Counted from the stretch's first letter, positions 19,339 to 29,565 are shown. The stretch: 64,000 nt of DNA from Smithella sp. (GCA_018056685.1 JAGPFC010000010.1:5213-69212); one strand, 5' to 3'. Made by a program: numbers and translations. The notes: generated from the sequence alone by a model not told the origin.

Positions 19339-21165
19339 CTACTTTTTTCGCCCATAATCTTCCATAAGTTGCTGCAAATAGGCCTTTCCGATATTTCCTT
19401 CCTTCGCCTGCGGGCTCCCGAGCAAAAAGGTATGGTTATTGTTGTCGAAAGCAATTTTGGTTTTATCGCTGATAAAACCAAAACCATTGTTGAAAACATA
19501 AAATGCAAATGACACCGAGTTTTTTGCAAAAATATCCTTACCGAATTTATAGGCATCGGTTCTCTGTTTTGTTTGTAATAAAAGAGTTGTTGCCAAATCG
19601 GTCTGTGAGGCAATTTTATCAATTCTAATTCCTGTTTTGGCTAAAGCGCCACCCAGCCAAAGCATGGGAATCTTAAATTTATCGGGATCATGGTTTGCCA
19701 GATTACCCAGATAAGGAACCCCGTGGTCGGCCAGAATTATAATTAAAGTATTGTCCCACCATTTGCTTTTTTTGGCCTTCTCCACAAATTCACCCAGACA
19801 ATGGTCGGTATAATAAAGGCTGTTACGGAATTTCTGCTCTTTTGAAAATCCCTTAAACACCTCCGACTGTGGGACTTCAAAAGGCTCATGGCTGCTTAAC
19901 GAAAAAAGAGCATAGAAAAACGGCTCGTTTTCCTTATTCAAATCCTCAAACAAGCGGGTAAAGACATAACCATCGGCAACCCCCCATTTTGAATTGTCAA
20001 GTTTCCCGGGAAAATCCTTTTTCGTTACAATCTTTTCCATACCCGCGTTCATAAAATAGGCATTCAGGTTGGCAAAGTTCAGATCACCGCCATAATAAAA
20101 TCCGGTTTGGTAGCCCATCCGTTTGAAATCCGAAAATAGCATGGGCAGATGACGCATTTTCCCGGGATATTTTACTATGGAAGAACGGGGCTGCGCAGGA
20201 TAACCGCTAAATATGCAAACCATACTTTTGTCCGAACGATCACCATTGGCATAGAAATTTGCAAAAAAGATACCTTCTTTGACTAATCTGTCTAAATTGG
20301 GCGTAATATTTTTTTCGCCGCCGTATGACGCCATTGCCTTTGATGTAAAACTTTCGAGCACGATAACAACGACATTGGGCTGGGGGATTTTCAATACCTT
20401 TTCAGACAAATCGGTCTTCGGATAGAGTTGATCAAAGAGTTGCCGCGACTGCGAGGGTTGCATATAGCGGATGGCATTGTTCTGGTGTGAAAGGTTCAAC
20501 AGCGAATGACTGATATTCCAGAAGACATTAATGGCTGCATGGTTGGAAAAATCAGTCTTAGAAAAATATACCATTCCTACATTCATGGGGGCCAAATCGA
20601 AACTGCCACGAATGGGCACAATCAGCAAAAAGGCCATCAACAGAACGCTGATGCTGTGTCCTGTATGAATTTTTTGCTGTAAAAAATCAACGGCCACATA
20701 CTTTTTAAAGATCAGGAATAAACCGTACGCCAAAACAAGAGCGGCCAAAAACATAACCGCAATCTGAACAACAGATGCCGATGCCAAGGCCTCCCTGGGG
20801 GTGGACAAATAAAATAATGGGCTGGCATCCATGCGGAAACCCCAGTGGCGATATAGTTCCATATCCACGAAGGCAATCATAGAAAAGATCAAAAGCATTA
20901 AAGCTGTGTAGATATGGATAACCCATTTGTACCATGTTCCTTGATAAAAAATGCCAGCCAGCATTCCCAAAACAGGCAAAATCATTAAATAACCGGCCAT
21001 CGACATATCCATACGACCGCCATAAAAAAATACGCCTAACCACTCTTGTACCGGTAAATTAAATGAGATGTTGAAGTGATAGATCAAGAATAAAAAGCGG
21101 GTGATATAAAAAAATAAGACCCAAAAAAGAAAATATTTTACACAGAAAATTATACGTTGCAGCAT
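19339..21165 (-). CDS. LtaS/MdoB-like sulfatase-family phosphoglycerol or phosphoethanolamine-type transferase
   Basis: 608-aa ORF. N-terminal ~5 TM helices followed by an alkaline-phosphatase/sulfatase-type domain (VVIVLESF..., ILADHG). Confidence 0.7.
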   Translation of the reverse strand: MLQRIIFCVKYFLFWVLFFYITRFLFLIYHFNISFNLPVQEWLGVFFYGGRMDMSMAGYLMILPVLGMLAGIFYQGTWYKWVIHIYTALMLLIFSMIAFVDMELYRHWGFRMDASPLFYLSTPREALASASVVQIAVMFLAALVLAYGLFLIFKKYVAVDFLQQKIHTGHSISVLLMAFLLIVPIRGSFDLAPMNVGMVYFSKTDFSNHAAINVFWNISHSLLNLSHQNNAIRYMQPSQSRQLFDQLYPKTDLSEKVLKIPQPNVVVIVLESFTSKAMASYGGEKNITPNLDRLVKEGIFFANFYANGDRSDKSMVCIFSGYPAQPRSSIVKYPGKMRHLPMLFSDFKRMGYQTGFYYGGDLNFANLNAYFMNAGMEKIVTKKDFPGKLDNSKWGVADGYVFTRLFEDLNKENEPFFYALFSLSSHEPFEVPQSEVFKGFSKEQKFRNSLYYTDHCLGEFVEKAKKSKWWDNTLIIILADHGVPYLGNLANHDPDKFKIPMLWLGGALAKTGIRIDKIASQTDLATTLLLQTKQRTDAYKFGKDIFAKNSVSFAFYVFNNGFGFISDKTKIAFDNNNHTFLLGSPQAKEGNIGKAYLQQLMEDYGRKK

Positions 21166-21270
21166 GGAATTAACGGTTAAAGATTAATGATAAAATTGTT
21201 TTATGTTTCTGTTTATGAATAGCCATTATGACGAAAACTAATTTTGACAGGATATAATATCTTCTTTCCA

Positions 21271-21891
21271 TTACATCCTATATAAGGTCGTCATCGATCT
21301 CTTAAATTTATTTAATTTTCTCTTAATTTTATATTTTGTCCAGGTATTGCTGATATCCGCGATTGGAAGAAAATCGGCATTACCGATTCCATCAATCATG
21401 TAAACAGACAAGTCTCCCGTTTTTTTCCTGACGATAAGATTTTCCGTACGCAGGTCTCGAACAACGATCATATTATTTAATAAAAATAATAAGAACTCAT
21501 CCACGGCTCTTTTCATTTCCTTTGTCACACTTTTTTCATTCAAATAAAATCCGAGGGTCTTGGCGATAGAACCGTCTTCTTCTCTGATCAGCTCCTGACA
21601 CAAAGCATCGCCTAAGTCTGTTTTCACTATTCCGAAACATCTCGGAAAATGCCTCCATACCTTGTCACCTTTTCTGCCCAAACGTTCACATGCGTTAAAT
21701 TCTTTTAAATTTATATCAAATGCACGGAGAGGCCGAAACTTCTTATACAACGGTGCGGCTCTCCGTCGCGCTTCAGGTTTTTTCTCCGGAGTGACCACTT
21801 TCAAGATCTTGTTATGATCATCCGGATGAACAAAGCAGAGCCTGTTGCCGCCTCTAAATAATATTTCTTTATCTTTTAATATGATCGTCAA
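21271..21891 (-). CDS. YrbL-family (PhoP-network) kinase-fold protein
   Basis: RGGNRLCFVHPDDHNKILKV parallels E. coli YrbL GTGRHRKCYAHPEDAQRCIKIV. VVRDLRTENLIV and MIDGIG correspond to kinase catalytic-loop and DFG-like positions. Confidence 0.75.
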   Translation of the reverse strand: MTIILKDKEILFRGGNRLCFVHPDDHNKILKVVTPEKKPEARRRAAPLYKKFRPLRAFDINLKEFNACERLGRKGDKVWRHFPRCFGIVKTDLGDALCQELIREEDGSIAKTLGFYLNEKSVTKEMKRAVDEFLLFLLNNMIVVRDLRTENLIVRKKTGDLSVYMIDGIGNADFLPIADISNTWTKYKIKRKLNKFKRSMTTLYRM

Positions 21892-21895
21892 CCCG

Positions 21896-22987
21896 TTATT
21901 CCTTTAATAGATCCTTTATAAGCAAACCAAAATTCTTCTTCTTATTGAATTTTGATTCAATGATGGCACGGCTTTCCTGACCCATTTTTGCAATCAATTC
22001 CCTGTGATTATTTAATTCAATAATCTTTTGGGCCATCAAATGAACATCCGGGAAGGGTATTAGAAATCCATTCCGGTTATGTTCCACCATTTCTGGCATA
22101 CTGCTTAAATTAAAACAAATAACCGGTTTTAAATAAGCCATGGCTTCCAGTAAAACATTGGAAGATCCCTCGTGCAGGGAGGGTAAGATGAAAATGTCTA
22201 TGCTATTGAAAAATTCTTCCATGCGGGCAACAAACCCGAGGAAGAGAACACAATCATCAACCTTCTTAAAGCGGGCGTAATTTTTAACATTCTGCTCCTC
22301 CTTGCCGGTACCGGCAAGTCGTATTTCGAATGCAAAGTTTTTTTGTTTTAAAATTGCAGCCAGGTCGATAAGAAATTTCTGTCCTTTTTGTTTCACAAAA
22401 CGGCCCGCGCTTCCGATGACTAGCTTATTTTCGAGCCTTTTCTGTTTGTATAAGATACTTTCAGTATCAATGCCGTTGTAAATAATTTCTATTTTTCCTT
22501 CCGGAATAAGATTTTTGTTTTTGAGTAATATGGTCCGCTTGATTTCTTCAGAATTGGCAATGACTTTTGTTAAAACATTCTTAAACAGATATCTATTTTC
22601 AATGGAGTTTTTTACAGGCAAGGCCATCCCCCTGCGGTAAATAATATGCTGAACATCCGCTTTCTTTGCCGCAAAACCGGCAGCTTTGGCGTCGGAAGGT
22701 AAATTTAATACAACTGCACGGATATCATTCTCCCTGAAATAACGGCTTAATCTTTTAATGGTTAATGGATTCATAAAACTGAGTTTTGTTATTTTAACTG
22801 GATGAAGTTGAACCTTGGTCTTTAATAACCTCTGATATAATTCACTTTGTTGATGGGTAATAGCAAATACGTTCCAGTTGTTCTCAAGAAAAAAACAGGC
22901 GGCTTCGAAATGCCATTTTTCGCCTCCGCCCCATTCTTTATTGGTGTTTATAAAACAAATGTTTTTGTTAATTTCGACCTTTTTCAT
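21896..22987 (-). CDS. Glycosyltransferase family 4 (GT-B)
   Basis: C-terminal E-x7-E region HEGSSNVLLEAMAYLKPVI. 363 aa. Confidence 0.8.
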   Translation of the reverse strand: MKKVEINKNICFINTNKEWGGGEKWHFEAACFFLENNWNVFAITHQQSELYQRLLKTKVQLHPVKITKLSFMNPLTIKRLSRYFRENDIRAVVLNLPSDAKAAGFAAKKADVQHIIYRRGMALPVKNSIENRYLFKNVLTKVIANSEEIKRTILLKNKNLIPEGKIEIIYNGIDTESILYKQKRLENKLVIGSAGRFVKQKGQKFLIDLAAILKQKNFAFEIRLAGTGKEEQNVKNYARFKKVDDCVLFLGFVARMEEFFNSIDIFILPSLHEGSSNVLLEAMAYLKPVICFNLSSMPEMVEHNRNGFLIPFPDVHLMAQKIIELNNHRELIAKMGQESRAIIESKFNKKKNFGLLIKDLLKE

Positions 22988-23009
22988 CGATTATGAGCAC
23001 ATCTTTCAT

Positions 23010-23381
23010 CTAGTAAGCCTGGTAGCTTTTTTCTTCAATCAGGTTAGAGCCGGACCGCAGATTAATGCGCTTTTTCACTTCGGCTCGTCTATCGTTGGTG
23101 AAATAAACCGCTCTGGCTAATTCGACGAATCTTGGCCCGAAATCCTTGTTCCTTTCGCAGTCGCGGATATCATCCTCAATCTTCCACAGTTCTTTGTTAA
23201 TGCTTAAAAGTTCGATGTAAAGCGGATCATTTTTATCAATAATCTTCTTTACCGCTTCGTTCACCACATCATACTCTTTACGAATATTAGCCAGTTTGAC
23301 TTCGTCTTTGATGTTTTCCAGTTTGATCTCGATAATAGCCAGTTTATCGACGATCTCACCATCGGATACTTCGATGAACAT
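23010..23381 (-). CDS. Small helical hypothetical protein (resembles a family I recall as DUF6165; name unverified)
   Basis: GGGAG lies 7 nt before the ATG at 23381 (the track start at 23441 overlaps the upstream gene). Sequence MFIEVSDGEIVDKLAIIEIKLENIKD...LWKIEDDIR. Confidence 0.55.
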   Translation of the reverse strand: MFIEVSDGEIVDKLAIIEIKLENIKDEVKLANIRKEYDVVNEAVKKIIDKNDPLYIELLSINKELWKIEDDIRDCERNKDFGPRFVELARAVYFTNDRRAEVKKRINLRSGSNLIEEKSYQAY

Positions 23382-23412
23382 AATGACTCCCTGAATTTCA
23401 TAATATATTATT

Positions 23413-24429
23413 TTACATAAGGACTTCTTCCAGTTTTGCAATGAGGTCCTGCGCGGTCAGCGCCTTGTAGCACCTCATATTTGTACAACGATGACATTGA
23501 TCGTAGCAATCCATATTTTTATAAACTGCATGATCAGTAGCCGACCCGGGTGGTGTCCAACTCTGCCAGCGAATAGAACCGAAAACCGTTACCGTGGGTA
23601 TTCCGGCACAGATAGCCACGTGCTTATTGCCGCCATCGTTGCCCACATAAAGCACGCATTTTTCTAAAATGGCTCTGAGTTCGAGGATATCCGGCATCGG
23701 ATAATCAATGATGGCTTTGCTCTTGTTCTGCAACCGGTGATAAACATTTAAAGCCAGATCCTTTTCTCCCGGGCCGTAAACCAGGAAGAGTTTGTAGCCT
23801 CTACCGATCAGCCAATCGCCTACCCGGGCAAAGTGGTCGGGGTTCCAAACTTTGTAGTCACGGCGGGAAACGGCGCAGAAAGCGACTGTTTTATCATCAA
23901 ATCCCAGACGATTCGCAAATTGCCCAGCCATGGCATAGTGAGTGGAACTTACCGGTAGTTCGATCCGAAAATCATTCAGGTCAGCCCCAAATTTTTCAAT
24001 AAGGCGCAGCTTGGAAATTGCGGCATATTCCGGATGGCTTTTCAGTTTCAAGCTTTGTGAGTAAGCATAAGCTCGAAAGCGCAGAGCAAAGCCCACGCTC
24101 TCCCGCGCCGCACTCAGGAACGTGATCTGGGCTGACTTGGGATTGGAAAAACAGTCCACCGTCAAATCATACTTTTCTTTGCGCAATGCATTGGTTAGCA
24201 GGAAGATATCCCATACGCCTGCTTTGCGTGGTATAATTTTCAGATTATTAACATGCGGATTATATCGGTAAACATTGGCGCCCAATTTTTCGGTCAGAAA
24301 GTCAATCTGCGCCGCCGGGTATATTTTACGCAACTGCCGGACCACCGGTGTGGTCATCAGCACATCGCCCAGCTGTCGCAGCTGTATTACCAAAATTTTT
24401 TGCATAGGGTCCTGTTTTAAATATGACAA
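23413..24429 (-). CDS. Glycosyltransferase family 9 (heptosyltransferase-like)
   Basis: ILVIQLRQLGDVLMTTP N-terminus and GNDGGNKHVAICAGIPTVTVFG near the C-terminus. The true start may be the internal MQKILV. Confidence 0.8.
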   Translation of the reverse strand: MSYLKQDPMQKILVIQLRQLGDVLMTTPVVRQLRKIYPAAQIDFLTEKLGANVYRYNPHVNNLKIIPRKAGVWDIFLLTNALRKEKYDLTVDCFSNPKSAQITFLSAARESVGFALRFRAYAYSQSLKLKSHPEYAAISKLRLIEKFGADLNDFRIELPVSSTHYAMAGQFANRLGFDDKTVAFCAVSRRDYKVWNPDHFARVGDWLIGRGYKLFLVYGPGEKDLALNVYHRLQNKSKAIIDYPMPDILELRAILEKCVLYVGNDGGNKHVAICAGIPTVTVFGSIRWQSWTPPGSATDHAVYKNMDCYDQCHRCTNMRCYKALTAQDLIAKLEEVLM

Positions 24430-24456
24430 ATACTACCTAAATGATAAAATTATTCT

Positions 24457-25687
24457 TTATTTGAGAATCGCAGATGCATATCTCATCGTTATCCCTTGTG
24501 CCTGTGCAAGAGATTCTCTGGCCGATTTAGCCATGGTATTGTACCGTTCTGTTTCGGTCAGAACTCCTACAATAGCCCGTCCGAGTTCGATAGCATTCTT
24601 AACAATTATCGTATGACCTTTGACAACATCCAGTGCCCACAGAAAGTTTTCCATATGAGGGCCGTGAATAGTCGGCACATTCCTCGCGACAGGCTCCAGG
24701 ATGTTCTGACCGCCTGCCGGCACGAGACTTCCCCCCCACAAAGGCCACCTGTGCAACCGCATAGAAATCGGACAGTTCACCTATGGTATCAACAAAAACG
24801 AGATCCGCATCTTTAGCCGGTTTAGTACGTAATGTCCAGGATATACCAAATGACTTTGCCAAATCGATGAAAAGGGGGATGCTTTGCGGATGCCGTGGCG
24901 CCACAATGGAAAATAGTTCCGGTATGCTTGCTCTTGCAGTTTGAATGGCTTCAATGACAAACTGTTCCTCTCCTTCCCTCGTGCTGCCGGCGATAAATAC
25001 AGGGCGATCGCCGCACTGAAGCATCCGGCGAAGTTCTCTTTCTTTTTCCGGATTGATTACCGGCATGTTTCCGAGCTTCAGATTGCCGAAAACCTCGACT
25101 TTTTTTGCTCCCAGCGTCGCATAACGTTCGGCATCCTCGCTGGAAACAGCAAGCACACGAACATTGCTTAAAATATGTGTCATCAGCGATTTGAACATTT
25201 TATAGTGGTTAAAGGATTTTGAAGACATCCGCGCATTGATGAAGATGGTTTTCACATGGGCTTTTCTGGCTTGTATGAGAAGGTTTGGCCATATTTCTGT
25301 TTCAACAATCACCAGGACTTTGGGTTTCAGATGGGCCATATAGCGCCCCATAATCCATGAAATATCGAAAGGCATGGGCAGAACTAAATCGATGCCTTTG
25401 ATCATAGCTGCCGCTTTTCTTCCGGAGGCATTCATGCTGGAAAGACAGATGAAACAATTCGGCCGCTGGGATTTAAGAACGTCAATCAATTTGCTTATGG
25501 CCTTGACCTCTCCCAGTGAGGCGGCGTGAAACCAGATCAGCTCACCGTGTGGAAAAACAGGTATCTTGAAGGCCAGTCGCAGCATTAAAGTGTTTTTAAA
25601 ATTGGAATGGTGATAAACAAAGAGGCAAAACGGCCATACGAAAATATTGACCAGGATATTATAGATGAGGAGAATCAGGGTTGCCAT
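24457..25687 (-). pseudogene. waaA: 3-deoxy-D-manno-octulosonic acid (Kdo) transferase WaaA/KdtA, split by a +1 frameshift in a G7 run
   Basis: The N-terminal ORF (24599-25687) carries WFHAASLGE and reads ...[11 protein letters not shown]... The C-terminal ORF (24457-24780) reads ...[32 protein letters not shown], the canonical WaaA C-terminus. The frames switch at C7 on the plus strand (24731-24737), and removing one G restores FVGGSLVP. Confidence 0.85.
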
Positions 25688-26388
25688 TGCTGCAGAAGCC
25701 TTTCTCTGTCGTCCGGGGTATTAATTTCAAAAAATTTTCCTTCTGAGATCACTACCTTGACCGGAATGCCATTTTCCAACGCGCGGAGTTGTTCGAGCGA
25801 TTCGGTTAACTCAAGCGGCGTCTGAGGAAGACTGGCAAATTTAATCAGGGTTTCTCGACTAAATCCGTAAAGACCCACGTGCCTCAGCAGCGTCGTGTGA
25901 CCTTTTGAATGGGGAAAAGGAATAAGAGAGCGTGAAAAATAAAGGGCATTTCCTTGAACATCGACCGCAACCTTAACCGTGTTTCTATCTTGTGCATCTT
26001 CACAGGTAACCTGCGTCGCAATGGTGACCATCGGACAACCGGATTCCAGAGCATCAATCATTCCTTTTATAGCTTTGACGTCCATCATGATCTGGTCACC
26101 CTGGATATTGATAATCGTATCCGCATCGAGTCCCGCAATCGCTTCAGCCACGCGGTCAGTACCCGATCGGCATGAACTGCTGGTTTTGACAGCAACCGCG
26201 CCAAAGGAATTTGCCACATTCATAATACGTTCGTCATCTGTCGCAATGATAACGTGATCAATGCCCGGGCACTCTACGGCCTGTTCATAAACTAACTGCA
26301 GGATGGATTTTCCATAAATATCGGATAAAAGCTTACCCGGGAAACGACTGGAAGCGTAGCGCGCGGGAATGACAGCTACAATGCGCAT
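25675..26388 (-). CDS. kdsB: 3-deoxy-manno-octulosonate cytidylyltransferase (CMP-Kdo synthetase)
   Basis: MRIVAVIPARYASSRFPGK at the ATG at 26388. The track's longer ORF (to 26508) would begin upstream of the predicted transcription start. Confidence 0.88.
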   Translation of the reverse strand: MRIVAVIPARYASSRFPGKLLSDIYGKSILQLVYEQAVECPGIDHVIIATDDERIMNVANSFGAVAVKTSSSCRSGTDRVAEAIAGLDADTIINIQGDQIMMDVKAIKGMIDALESGCPMVTIATQVTCEDAQDRNTVKVAVDVQGNALYFSRSLIPFPHSKGHTTLLRHVGLYGFSRETLIKFASLPQTPLELTESLEQLRALENGIPVKVVISEGKFFEINTPDDRERLLQQWQP

Positions 26389-26510
26389 ACAATACCTGAA
26401 CGCAACAAAACACTTGTTTTTTTGCCGGATAGTTTGAATTGAATCGACTGCGTCAAGAAGAGAGACATTTAGAAAGTTATGTTCCTTTATAATAAAAGAA
26501 ATTTGCAAAA

Positions 26511-26539
26511 ATTATAAAAAACGCGGTTTTTTATGTCAA
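26511..26539 (-). promoter_or_regulatory. Perfect sigma-70 consensus promoter (TTGACA-N17-TATAAT) upstream of kdsB
   Basis: On the minus strand: TTGACA at 26539-26534, 17-nt spacer, TATAAT at 26516-26511. Confidence 0.55.
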
Positions 26540-26612
26540 GAGAATCTTGGCGAAAGAATCAGGAAGAAGATTCAAGAAGCAATATGCTCCATTTTGCCTT
26601 TTACATCTTATT

Positions 26613-27377
26613 TCAGATTCGGGTTCCTTTTTTCCTTTGACACATTTCCCATAATTTTAAATATTTCAGGTAAACTCCGAAAGCTGAATTAATGCAGAGT
26701 ACAAATCCGGATCTGCCGTCAAGAAAACCTTGTTGAAAAAGGTACATTTTTAGAAATTTAAAAGCCCCCCTGACCACGGATTTGCTGATGGACGACCTTT
26801 TCCCTTTTTCAAAAAGTTCCGCCGCTCCGAGAACCGAATATGCATTTATTTTTGATAGATGTGAGGACAAATCCGGATACGTGTAATGAAACAAAACCTC
26901 ATCGATTGTGCCGGTTTTGCCATCATGCATTTCTATGGATTCATGTATAATTTTATTATTAAATTTCCCTTTGGCTTTTTCGAACAGTCTTAATGGATAG
27001 TCTTTGTTCCATCCACAATGCTGAATCAGTTTGCCCAGGTAGAACGATCTGCGTTTAATCCTGTAGCCGGAAAATGCTCGGGATTTTATTGCATCGATTA
27101 TTTTGGTTTTTAATTCCGGCGTCACTTCTTCATCCGCGTCTATTACCAGCACCCATCCGTAACTGCACAGATCCACGGCAAGCTGCTTTGTCTGACTGAA
27201 ACCAAGCCATGTGGATTGATGGATTTTGCATTTATGTTTTTTACATATTTCCAGGGTTGAATCTGTTGATCCGGAATCAACGACAACTATTTCGTCAGCC
27301 CATTTTAGCGATTCCAGGCATCTGCCAATGTTGTTTTCTTCGTTTTTTGTTATGACAGCAACCGACAGTTTGCTCAT
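26613..27377 (-). CDS. Glycosyltransferase family 2 (LPS core type)
   Basis: LSVAVITKNEENNIGRCLESL, VVVDSGSTDST and IDADE (DxD). Confidence 0.8.
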   Translation of the reverse strand: MSKLSVAVITKNEENNIGRCLESLKWADEIVVVDSGSTDSTLEICKKHKCKIHQSTWLGFSQTKQLAVDLCSYGWVLVIDADEEVTPELKTKIIDAIKSRAFSGYRIKRRSFYLGKLIQHCGWNKDYPLRLFEKAKGKFNNKIIHESIEMHDGKTGTIDEVLFHYTYPDLSSHLSKINAYSVLGAAELFEKGKRSSISKSVVRGAFKFLKMYLFQQGFLDGRSGFVLCINSAFGVYLKYLKLWEMCQRKKGTRI

Positions 27378-27452
27378 GAGTTTAATTTTTTGAATTCGGG
27401 GATTAAGGATCTATTTAATCATTTTGATCAGAGCTTCCATTCCATGAACTGA

Positions 27453-27480
27453 AATATAAGAAACGAGGTTTGTGTGTCAA
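27453..27480 (-). promoter_or_regulatory. Sigma-70-like promoter (TTGACA-N16-TATATT)
   Basis: On the minus strand: TTGACA at 27480-27475 and TATATT at 27458-27453. About 75 nt upstream of the ATG at 27377. Confidence 0.4.
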
Positions 27481-27580
27481 GTAAATCTTGGGGCTCAAAA
27501 TTATTGTACCAAGGGCATTGCCGGAAATGCATTAACGGAACATGCTTTTTGGAATTTTCGCCGTTATGGTAAGAAATCTT

Positions 27581-28429
27581 TCAGGCGAGATGAAAAAAAT
27601 CTTTGATTTGACAGAACACATCTTCAGGCCGAATCTGTCGCATGCATTCCATGGTCGGACACTCAGACGAGGCCTTTTCCGATGAATAGCAAGGTGAGCA
27701 ATGAACCGGTGAATAGATATTTAAATTATCCTGATAACTCGAGATTTCAGGGCGGACATATCCTCCATAAATAATAACGGATCTTGTACCGACTGCTTTT
27801 GCCAGGTGCATCAAGCCGCCCTCCAATCCCACAAACAGATCGGCATTGGCAATCACTGCTGCTGATTGGCGCACCGGTAAACCTCTGGCATCGACCACGC
27901 CGGCCAGCAGAGAATCTTCGGCCGTCCCCACCTGCACAAAACGGTGCTTTCCGAAAAGATCCTTTAATTTTTGAAAATTATTGATGCCCCATTCCTTGCG
28001 GTTGGCGGCAAATCTTGTTTTGCTGGATGGACAGACTGCAAAATAGGAAGCGCCGAATTTCTTCCTTGCGTCATCAAGCTCACGACGCATCAAAAATATT
28101 TGAGGAGGAAAAGGATTATTAAGACCGATATAGGAGCGCATTTGGGCGGTAATAGGGGGTTCATTGCCATTGACCACGCGATACTTCGGTTTAATGTGGC
28201 GCCTGACGGTCTTCAAATGTTTATTGGTAACCCAATCCACATGGGGATTGTTCCAGAAAAGTTCCGGCAGAGGTGTTTCGACCACCACTTTGTATTGCGG
28301 CCATTTTTCACGAATTCCGGGCAGGAGAACCGACAAGAGTAAGTTATCCCCCAGTGCGTTGGAAATACGCCTGATAAACACTGTCCGGGGCCGTATCAAG
28401 TAGTAGAGCAATTGGAGATATTCGAACAT
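27581..28429 (-). CDS. Glycosyltransferase family 9-like protein
   Basis: C-terminal LFVGLEGGLMHLAKAVGTRSVIIYGG resembles the GT9 donor-binding region. The ATG at 28429 has AAGGA 8 nt upstream, whereas the track start at 28483 overlaps the upstream gene. Confidence 0.6.
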   Translation of the reverse strand: MFEYLQLLYYLIRPRTVFIRRISNALGDNLLLSVLLPGIREKWPQYKVVVETPLPELFWNNPHVDWVTNKHLKTVRRHIKPKYRVVNGNEPPITAQMRSYIGLNNPFPPQIFLMRRELDDARKKFGASYFAVCPSSKTRFAANRKEWGINNFQKLKDLFGKHRFVQVGTAEDSLLAGVVDARGLPVRQSAAVIANADLFVGLEGGLMHLAKAVGTRSVIIYGGYVRPEISSYQDNLNIYSPVHCSPCYSSEKASSECPTMECMRQIRPEDVFCQIKDFFHLA

Positions 28430-28455
28430 CGACTGATCCTTTGTTGCTTTAATCG

Positions 28456-29565
28456 TTACCTTGCACCATAGGTGTCCCTGCACATCTTATAAAAACTTTC
28501 GAGCCGGTCGAGCATAATCTCCTCAGAAAAGCCGTGCGCGATTGTTTCGGCGGCGTTTTTACCCAGGAAGTCTCTCAACTGCGGGGATTCAATGAGACGG
28601 ATCAAACTATGATAGAGGGTTTCATCATCATCAGGGGGGATGAGCAGTGCATTTTCTGCATGACATGCCATTTCCGGAATGCCGCCAACAGCCGTGGTGA
28701 TGACCGGACGGCCGGCGGCAAAATACTCTACGACGGTATTGGGAAAACCTTCAAAAGAGGAATTGCACACGGCGATATCATAAGCAGCCGCTGTCTTGAC
28801 CGGATCCGAAGAAAAACCGGTGAACACCACCCGGTCGCGGATGCCCAGTTCCTGAGATAGTTTTTCAAGATTCTCTCTGAGGTACCCATCACCGGTTAAC
28901 ACCAGCCGGATGTGAGGGTGGTTTGCCGTAATGCGGCGAAATACCCGGATCAATCTTTCGATGCCTTTGACTGAGGTCAATTGGGATGTGCTTCCAATGA
29001 TCAGATTCGATGGAGAAATTCGCCATTGCGCTCGCTGTTCTCTAATCTCTTCGGATGTAAAAGCGCGCTGATTGCGGCCATTATATATCGTTACAAACCT
29101 GGAACGGTCAAGCCATGGGGCAAGTTTGAGTGCGTTTTCACGGACCTGATTACAGGGAACAATACAATGGTCCACGAGGAGGCGGTGGTGCATTTGAACC
29201 CTCCACCTCTGGTTGAAGTCATCTTCACGTCCTACCCTGCGAATATTAGGGATGTGGGCCAGGCGCGCGGCCAGCCCGCCGATGGCAACCTCTTTTTCAA
29301 TATTCGTGACCAGTATGTCGATCTTTTTGATTTTGATTTGATATAGCAGGTAAAGAACAGAGACAGGATTGTAGTCCATACCCAGTTTATAAGGCAGCAT
29401 ATTCAAATCACGATGGGCAGATTTAAAAAACCGGCCATCGGGATGGGCAACGATCCATATTTTATGACCCCTGAGCCCGAGTCCCAGAGCTGTTTTTTCC
29501 ATCCAGCTCGAAACTCCACCCCATTTTTTTTTCGAGGAAATGTAAAGCAGATTCATCGGACGCAT
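28456..29565 (-). CDS. Glycosyltransferase family 4 (GT-B)
   Basis: FEGFPNTVVEYFAAGRPVITTAVGGIPE motif. 369 aa. Confidence 0.8.
   Translation of the reverse strand: MRPMNLLYISSKKKWGGVSSWMEKTALGLGLRGHKIWIVAHPDGRFFKSAHRDLNMLPYKLGMDYNPVSVLYLLYQIKIKKIDILVTNIEKEVAIGGLAARLAHIPNIRRVGREDDFNQRWRVQMHHRLLVDHCIVPCNQVRENALKLAPWLDRSRFVTIYNGRNQRAFTSEEIREQRAQWRISPSNLIIGSTSQLTSVKGIERLIRVFRRITANHPHIRLVLTGDGYLRENLEKLSQELGIRDRVVFTGFSSDPVKTAAAYDIAVCNSSFEGFPNTVVEYFAAGRPVITTAVGGIPEMACHAENALLIPPDDDETLYHSLIRLIESPQLRDFLGKNAAETIAHGFSEEIMLDRLESFYKMCRDTYGAR

Noticed and set aside
19288-19622. Short ORFs (74 aa on plus, 101 aa on minus) at the 3' end of the LtaS-like gene
   Set aside because: They overlap the well-supported 608-aa sulfatase-family ORF and the intergenic spacer. 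They have no RBS or motifs.
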